A stretch of DNA of 60,403 bases, counting the filler, from Bipalium vagum (lineage: Eukaryota): assembly GCA_037834085.1 (NCBI GenBank). It is 3 parts of 3 records of this genome, joined end to end, with 100 filler letters (N's around TTAATTAATTAA, not from the genome) between each part and the next. Parts side by side here need not be neighbours in the genome. Positions count along the whole stretch, not along the records: positions 43,387 to 60,403 come from JBBMKC010082572.1; 2 more parts are not named here. One strand, written 5' to 3'. Position 1 is the first letter of the stretch, and the number at the start of each line of letters is the position of its first letter. Of this stretch, positions 52,194 to 60,403 are shown piece after piece. The position numbers and the translations under genes were made by a program. Below the pieces are notes generated by a model. It was not told the DNA's origin. It made no database searches and worked only from the letters and a program-made list of their open reading frames with translations.

Positions 52194-54126
52194 CCCCTTC
52201 AATTAAGACTGATGCCACTTCTTCAGCCATTCATTTCTCCTCAGTTTAATTCCTCCTGGATCTGTCAGTTCAACCTGATTTGGGGATAGGAAGTTTGTGA
52301 TCTTGTATGGACCTTCATATTGAAAATCATTCTTCTTTCTGTTTTGCGGCTCTTTCCATAGCAATACTTCTTCTCCAATTGGAAACTCACGTCGACCTCT
52401 AATATCCATTTCGAAGTTCTTCATTTTATCGGCTGCAATGTCTAGGTTTCTTCGAGCTTCTCTAATGATCTCTGTATCTGGATAGGTTTGGTCACGGCTG
52501 CCAGAATGAAGATTGACTTTGTAGCCAAATACAATTTCAAATGGAGAAAACTTAGTTGAGCTCTGCTGAGCAGCATTGATACTAAACTCAATTCTTGGGA
52601 GCAATTCGTGCCAATCTTTTTCTTTACAACCGCTCTTTAGAGATGTGGTTATCATATCTCGAATCGACTAGGCCGTTGGACTGGTGATGATAAGGTGAAC
52701 TGAATTCACACTCGATATTGAGTTCTCTTCATTTTTGTTGAATCCAAGAACTCTCAAAGTTCTTTCCTCGATCTGTTAAAATACTCTTTAGCTTGCAAAA
52801 TCTATAAATCCAATTGTTCATTATTGCCTTGAAGATTGATTAATCATCAAGTTTGGACATCGCGCATAGACTCACTAGTTTACTAAAACGGTCAATAATG
52901 ACAACCATGTATTTGTAGTGTGTCGCTACTTTTTCCATAAAGGCTACATCTACCACGATCTGCTTTAAGAAATGTGAGCTTCTTTTCGGGATAAGGATTT
53001 CTTTAGTGCGCGCTTGATCATTTTTTCTCTTGGTACAAACATCACAGGTTTATAAACATCGATTGACTAAATTCCACATCGATGGTCAATTGTAATGATC
53101 TTTCAGATAGTTGAATATTTTCTTGCTACCAAGATGACACAGGTTGGCATGAATCTCCATCACTAATTCATCAATAAATCTTTCTGGGATAATGATACAA
53201 TTTCTTTCGCTTCTTGATAAGAGCATCGCGTCCTCGATAACATCCAAGATATCTCTCAAATGATAAAAACTGCTATTCTTCAATTCTTCAGGGTATTCTC
53301 TCCTCACTTCTGAAAGACATTGAATAAATTCAGTTATCAGTTCATCGGCCTTCTTTTCGCTTCTTATTCTTTCCAATTAATGGGTAATATTATGAACGGC
53401 ACTTATGTATTTTATAGGTTTCAATGGTTGAATCTTGACTGGAGCCTTGGTAGATCTGTTAACTTGTTTGTTATTCTTTCCCTTCGACATTATCACGTTA
53501 AACTTAAAAAATTCTTTGAACTGTTTCTGCATAGCTTCTTTGTCTCACGACATTGACTTGAAATTCCTTTGTCTGATGCATTTTTGATTCCCATGTTTCA
53601 TATAGTTTGGCCATAGCTCTAATATCTTCGACTTTGGCGTTCGGTTTCAAAACAAGAGCATCTCGAAGTCAAGCACTTCTAGCTCGTTTTGTTAAAAATT
53701 CGGTAATGATCTCTTCCTGGGACACTACAGAATTAAAGATGTCATTCATTAAATTCCGAATATGGATCTCAAAAGTTGCAAATCGTTCATCCGAATTTTG
53801 TCTAACGTCTGACAATTCGCAAATTAAATCGGTTATTAGTTTCATCTCCATAAATATGTCAGCAAACCACGATTGGCTTCTTCTTTTGTTGTTGCTTCTG
53901 TCTTGAAACTCTTCCATAAGGTTGAGGCTTCGTCGGATAATAGCAAATTAAAGACGCCGACCAGGCATAAGTCATTTATACTGAGCTATTCCTCAATATT
54001 TTTCAACCATCTTTCGGCTTCAGTAGAGCTTCTGCCATTATATCGTTTGATTTCAAATCCAAAAATTTCCTATGCGTTTTTTTTCATGCTTCTGGTTATA
54101 GAATGTACATTTTCGGTGTGGTCGCC

Positions 54127-54215
54127 AGTTAGTTCTTCTTTACTACACATTGAAAAGACGTCAGAGTTATAAAAAGTATTTATTCAAACAAAACATGATT
54201 ATGCAACACGTAATT
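54127..54215 (-). repeat. 5' LTR (89 bp)
   Basis: Direct repeat of 52105-52193; its last base overlaps the TGG of the PBS. Confidence 0.92.
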
Positions 54216-54719
54216 TGCACTTATTTCAAAATTCCAACTTTAAAATTTTAATTCGTTATTTTTATTTTGTTTTAATTATGCATTTAATACATTTTTTTTA
54301 ATCTGAAAACGCACTTTTTTCATCCGATTTTATTAATATCCTGACAGTCTTTGAAAAATTCTTCGATAATTAATTTCCTTGTGAAAATTACAAAATGATG
54401 ATAATGATTTTAATAAAAATTAATGACACTCATTTAATTTGTCATGTAATAAAACAAAAATTCTAATTTTAAAAAGAGACAGAAAAATCATGATTTGGAA
54501 AAATGAGGTTCTGGATTTTTTCATAAAATTTTATTTTTAATAAATTAGAATTATAAAAGGTTTTGAAAAATATTTTATTAATTTCGAAAGAAATCAAAGC
54601 TTTATTTAATTCATTATTCTTTTCAAAAAAAATAAATCAGCTTTATATCATCATCATCATGATAATATATATATTTATTTATTTAAAATAAGTCAGCCAA
54701 TGTTTGACACCATTTCATT

Positions 54720-55312
54720 TATTTATTGAAATTTAATATATTTCAACAGATCTTCCATTAACACTGATACACTTATGCAAGTGATGATAAAAACAATTAA
54801 TAGCATATTTGAACATTGTTGAATCTATCTTAGATGCGTCTTCTGTGATAATATCTTTTAGATTTGGGAGATTCTTTAGTGTTTTTTTGGATATAACATT
54901 GTTTTTAAGTGAGCCCAAAGAAAGAAACTGGGGTATAAGGTGTTACCTCATAGATTTTACAAATTTTATCCATTTTCCAATCGTCAACTGATGGTCTTCC
55001 GGACTTGGAAATATCAGTAACACTGTCTGTTTTTTTTAACTTTGCAAATATTTGCATTTTTAATGATGCAATTAGCGTTTAACAGATGTAACTGAACCCA
55101 TCTTAGTCACAAGTAATACAATTCTAATACGTACATCAATATCGATCATTATCTGAAATTTAAATATTAGTGATTTATATTTCAATTTATTTAAACAATT
55201 ACCTGAGATTTTAAAAGTCTTATTTTATTTAAATTTGAATCCGTTGTATTTAATTGAATTATAAAAATTTTGCTGGGCTTACAAATCGGATACTTACTTT
55301 TTACACACCCTG
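54720..55312 (-). mobile_element. Tc1/Tc3-like internal-deletion remnant
   Basis: TIR CAGGGTGTGTAAAAAAGT at ~55312; C-terminal LKNNV...LKDII...LHKCISVNGRSVE. Confidence 0.65.
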
Positions 55313-55672
55313 TTATTTATAAATATAATTACCAGCAAAGTATAAACATATATTACGAGAAAATAATCAGTTAAACAAAGTATTTCCAGAAAAAAATAAG
55401 AATTTTTATTTTTTTGTCTGACAAATGAATAATGAAAATTGTAAACAAAGATCGTAATACTCAGTCCAAATGGGTTCTGCAAATATTAGAAATGTATGCC
55501 ATAATAAATATAGATTCATCATAAACAATAATGCCCTAACGAATATTTTCAGAGTCTCGGAGACAAACAATCAACATTTTTTTGACGTCCAACTCGTATT
55601 ATTTCGTATGAGGTACCCTGGATCAATAAACATTAAATTCCGATTATGTCAGCAAAATAATTTTTATTATTA

Positions 55673-55703
<31 letters not shown>

Positions 55704-56829
55704 CTTTTTTAATTTATTATTGATTTGTTTATTATTTTCATTAATTTACGTGCATAAATATAAATAATCATTGAGAATATTTTTTTATTTTTACAAAATT
55801 TGAAATTAAATGCAAAATATATAAATGTTCTCGTAAATTTTTTAAATGAAAAAACTTAATAAGATAAATTCATTGCTCTTTCAAGAAGTAATTATTTTTA
55901 AAAATCAAATTACTGTTGAAAGAGTTTCATAATATAAAAAATTCACTTTATTATGCAAATTAAAATTGGCAGATTTCTTATCACGGAATTTTATTAAGTT
56001 TTTCAGACATCATTAATTTTATGTAAGTGTGTGTGAGTTATATCAACTTGCCGTGGTGTGGATAAAAAATCCTTAGACTCGTACAGAAATACGAATGATA
56101 CTAAGATGGAACTTTTTAATAACAACAAATAAATTATATAGGTAAACAAAGAATCATTGTTCAAAAAAATCAGCTTCGGTTTTCAGGAACTTTTGGAGAT
56201 CCTCTTTGGACTTTATTTTGTGGGATTGATACGTGAACAAAGATTTTACTAGGAATTACATCCATATTTCGGAGACTGGGTATTTTTGTTGCAAGGTATT
56301 TTTGCGACAGCCATGAAGAAAGCGTCTAAAGGAAAGCTCATCGATATGGAGTTAACTCTGTTATACATTGAAATGTCAGTATTGGTTATGTTGATGAGCA
56401 TGAAACATTTTCAATGATAGGTCTTTGAACGATACAATTTTGGTAGGTTTGACTCTGGGACAACTTTTTTTGCATATCGTGGCGAATAGAATTCATATTC
56501 TTCTGATTCCAAAGCATTTCTTAAATTTAATCTAGTAGACATGTTTTTCGGGTTAATCCATCTCTCTTCTTTCAATATAATCTTTAATTTTTCGAATTTC
56601 TACTCTCCTATTTCTTATGGTCGTCCACTTTTTTTATCAAACACAATGCTCCTGCCGGAAGAAAGCTCTTTTATCGAATTATAAATAGTACCCGTTAATG
56701 TAGCTTCATTTTCATATGCTTCATATATTTGAAAAATGATCACCTTTTCTGTTTTGATTATTGGTGTGGCTTTGATTGGTGAGAAGTATGTCAAAGAAAT
56801 CATTGAGAAGAATGTTGTGCTTTTTATGA

Positions 56830-57100
56830 TCGAGCACAACAACTACTATTTGCATCATGACAACACGTCGTCATTTTTGTAAAGTTGTCATAGGTGCTTT
56901 AAAGCAAAATACATCATCAAGTAACATCAATATATTTTCATGGCCTTCACGAACTTTCGATCTTTTCATTACAGAAAGTTTGTGGAATATATTTGGAAGG
57001 AGATTGCAAACGGAGTATGTGGAACCTGTCTCCCTGGAATCTTTAAAACTTAAAAACTTATGTTTTTTAGGCATTTTTCTAAGTGAGGGGTGGATAATTT
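56830..57100 (+). mobile_element. Tc1 transposase C-terminal remnant
   Basis: LHHDNT and FSWPSRTFDLFITESLWNIFGRRL, a degenerate WPARSPDLNPIENLW. Confidence 0.7.
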
Positions 57101-58502
57101 TGGCGAAACGTATAGTTTGCAAATAAATATTGTGATGAGCTTGTTAAGCTGTTAGTTAGTTCATGTGGATCTTCTTTTGGTGCTTTCCTGGAAAATACAA
57201 GCTTATGTAATTGTATGATAAAAAGTATAATAATTTCTGGTTTCACACTGCCTACATGTGACCCGATAATCAAATAAATATTAATAATAGAAAATTAAAG
57301 CTATAATTCGATCACAAATTATAAGTTATTAATTTAATTAAGCTTTATAAATAAATCCTAAAGGTTGGAGTCTCAATTATTCTTTATTTAATTCTGAAAA
57401 ATTCTAAGAGGATGCAATTACGAGGAAAAGTGATTCAGAGATAGCGGGGGACTATTAGAAACAATGGTCAATATCTAACTAATTAATGTGTGAATAAAAA
57501 ATAAAAGTTACATAAGTATTGATTAAAATTCTAAAATGCTCTATATACCAATCAATAATTCTAGTAATAAGGAGTAAAATAAGTCAGCTAATGTTAAACC
57601 TTTTTATAAGTAAGAAATTCTGAGAAGATTTATCATCTGAAACGCTTGATGAGAAACTTTTACAAAGAATTAGTAAATATTTTCCTTTGTAAAAGAAGGT
57701 GATAATCTTAAAGTTTTAGACGAAGTCTGAGACAAAGTTACTTAAAGCCCTATACGTTCTCATTTATTGTCCACGATCTTAAGTAATATGAATAAACCCA
57801 ATTTCAAATCGTTATACTTCTTTACAAAACTCGTTGACCTCAGTAACTGATCAATATTTTTTTAAAAATATTATCAATTATTATCACAACAATTTTAAAT
57901 TGAACGTAACAATGAAAATGTGAGATATCATTTTTCACAAGAAAAATAATATTGGTTCAGCTTTGTGAAGAATTTTTCTGAAATTTCTTTGGGGAAATTC
58001 AATCGTCGAATATCATTTATCATTTTTCAAAAATTGTGTTAAATAGGAAAGACCCATTAAGCAGCATTTTAAGACACCAGAAAATAAACAGGGAAATGTC
58101 AAACGAGGAATGTTGATTTAGAAGGTTATGTAATGAGACCTTTGCATTTATATATCATCTTACATGTTGCCAATCTTGATATGCCAGTTTTGAGGAAACT
58201 GGTCCTTTCAATTATGACAGGTATCTTTCAATGTTACCATAATTTGTGCACAAAATTATAAGAAAACTGTCTAAGAGAAACCAAAAAAATATGCTAAATA
58301 TTTCAGATTCATTGATTAAAATTTTCATTCTATTTTATAATTTTTTATTTTAAATGAGTTTAAAAATGTCATTTTATTAATCAATTATTTCAATTATTTT
58401 GTAGAATATCAGTGATTATATCACACATGGGTCCTCTTATACATATCAAAATTCTATAACCTATCATTAACGTATGAAGTTGTTAATACATGTTTAGGGT
58501 TA

Positions 58503-58703
58503 TCAAAATACAAATTTGAATCTATTTTGATTTAACTGTGCCATTTTCTGACGATCTTCTGATGACCAGCAAATGTTACCCACTGTACATACCTTCGAAT
58601 CCCGCTCATCAACTCCGGCCTTGATGATCCTATTTGGTTGTCCAAGATACCAAACACTGCTAGGACTATCAGGCGATAGGCTACTGAACTTGAGAATTAA
58701 CAT
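58503..58703 (-). CDS. possible exon of an unidentified gene
   Basis: GC-elevated open frame MLILKFSSLSPDSPSSVWYLGQPNRIIKAGVDERDSK...; no family recognised. Confidence 0.3.
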   Translation of the reverse strand: MLILKFSSLSPDSPSSVWYLGQPNRIIKAGVDERDSKVCTVGNICWSSEDRQKMAQLNQNRFKFVF

Positions 58704-59926
58704 ATGAGTGGCTCCATGAATCAATTAAATTTTCAAATTTAAAAATAAAAGAACTTATAAGGACGACGGTTAAATCAAATTTCAATCTAAATTCAATTAA
58801 ATATCCCAATCGGAACTTTTAATAATTTAGGGTAGTGAATATATACATTTTCATGACTCCTTTTTACAAAACAAAACGAAATTGAATTTATTTTGTGCAA
58901 TAGACAAATTTGTGTCTACGTAATCATTGGATTCCATCAAGAATTTTCAAGAATTTCCTCTTGTGACAGATTTTCAGAAAGTATTGGAGAAAAATAATTA
59001 CAAAATAAAGAAAGGTATTAAATAGCCCAGACTTTATTTTCATAACAAATATTATCGATAAATAAATGAAAAATAATGAACAATGGTCGATAATAAGAGA
59101 CAATACTTGTTTATGTGTTTGTGTTGCTGTGAAACTCGAAACAAGAAATTGAAATAATTTATTAAAAAAATATTATTTATATATAAATAAATAAATATAT
59201 ATATTTTTTTTTATAAAAAATTTTATTATTTGAAAAAAATGTAATTTAAATTTAAATTTTAAATCGAACAGCAAAATAAAAATTAATAACAATGGGAAGT
59301 GAAAGAACAAAGATGGGAATAAGCATTAATTTGGAAAAATCTGTAAAAAGATTATTTTATTCATATAAATAATTGTAAATGGAGCATCAATGTTTTTTCG
59401 CTTATGGAACAGTGGCGTTTTTTTTCAGAAAAAATCCCCAAATATTTTACAAATTTAAGTAAACATTGGGCCTTTTATTGATGCTGAATTAATAATACTA
59501 ATAATAATAAATTTTTCTTTACTTTTCGTTATTATGAGCTTTTTAAATTTTCCAAAAAACTTTTTGGCTCGATATTCAACGAAAACTGGAAATAATTAAT
59601 AATTTAATAAATCAATTATCAATTAATATTTCACAACGAGTTGATTAAATTATTTATTTTTAATTTCATCATTTATTGTAAAACTTTTTAATTGCTATTT
59701 TTGATTTCTCGTAAGCATGTATTATATAAATAATATAATTTATTATTCTATTTTAAATTTTAAATATTAAATAATAGTTCGATATTAAAAATTATTTTTA
59801 TTTAATTTTTGAAATTTTTATTTAGTCAAAAATTAAGATTTAATTTTATTTGAAATTTTTATAAATATGAAATAAAAATTCTTAATTCAAAAAACATAAA
59901 TATTTATAATGAAGAGAAAAACATTT

Positions 59927-60130
59927 CTAAGAAATATTTGCATTTTGCAATTGCCCTGAAGCATTTCTGTACAAATTTTCAACAGTAGCCAGCTTTAAAG
60001 ATGTCAGCGTTTTGTTAAAGGCCAATTCGACATCCTCGGGCCTAAAATGGCCGTAATTTTTAAATCCAGCACCATTTGCCATTTGCTCCTCTTCCCATGA
60101 ACCAAATCCCCGAAGAATGAGAATATTCAC
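59927..60130 (-). CDS. possible terminal exon of an unidentified gene
   Basis: GC-elevated open frame LRGFGSWEEEQMANGAGFKNYGHFRPEDVELAFNKTL...* in very AT-rich DNA; splice acceptor and frame are ambiguous. Confidence 0.35.
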   Translation of the reverse strand: MNILILRGFGSWEEEQMANGAGFKNYGHFRPEDVELAFNKTLTSLKLATVENLYRNASGQLQNANIS

Positions 60131-60403
60131 TCACTGATAAAATAAATATAATATGAATAGTGGAAGAAATTTGTCCAATTCTACTTAACTCGAGTAAAGT
60201 GGACTGAGAAAACGCTTGAAAAAAAATAATATTGAGGAAAGTCGGGACATTCTGAGTATTTTTCGTAAATTAAGACTCCATTACGATTTATTAAATCAGA
60301 ATTCATAATTGTTCTCAATTATTTTTGACTGTCAGAATTTAAAAGTCAATTAAATTTTTAATTAAATTAAAGAAATAAGAAAATTACAATGTTCAATTTT
60401 GCT

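Larger units (their letters stand above)
52105..54215 (-). mobile_element. complete 2,111-bp Ty3/gypsy-type LTR element carrying gag + integrase only (decayed)
   Basis: 89-bp LTRs at 52105-52193 and 54127-54215 (9 mismatches); TGCAC TSD at 52100-52104 and 54216-54220; PBS TGGCGACCAC 54127-54118; PPT GAAGGGG 52200-52194. Gag-like YNG..EAERWLKNIE; integrase H-H-CDVC, VDV, LTDRG, PYHHQSNGLV, GPY. Confidence 0.92.

Noticed and set aside
52105-54215. Ginger-type DNA transposon interpretation (gypsy integrase without RT)
   Set aside because: The ends are direct repeats with a PBS, PPT and gag, not terminal inverted repeats.

Overview
This is AT-rich eukaryotic (metazoan-like) genomic DNA, not prokaryotic. 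It consists of three contigs (1-25525, 25626-43286, 43387-60403) joined by artificial 100-nt spacers (44N-TTAATTAATTAA-44N), so adjacency across the spacers is not biological. I rebuilt four host genes by hand from GT-AG introns that are mostly 40-54 nt: a Shisa-like single-pass protein (+, 6174-9081, absent from the ORF track), ABHD18 (-, 10 exons, 11958-20922), the first two exons of a tau-tubulin kinase (-), and a NAP1 histone chaperone (+, 32866-34399). Most of the remainder is decayed transposons: mariner, Tc1/IS630, maT, pogo, Merlin, Ty3/gypsy and two NeSL/R2-type non-LTR copies. The most notable items are (1) a fully bounded 2.1-kb LTR element with 89-bp non-TG...CA LTRs, a 5-bp TSD, a tRNA-Arg PBS and a PPT, carrying gag joined straight to integrase with no protease/RT/RNase H; (2) a GC-rich NeSL-type retrotransposon with an intact Ulp1/SENP protease triad; (3) a dispersed 28S rRNA fragment containing the sarcin-ricin loop; and (4) a nested mariner-in-LTR stack beside a tRNA-Ala pseudogene inside an ABHD18 intron. 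All calls come from manual reading and recalled family motifs; no searches were run.
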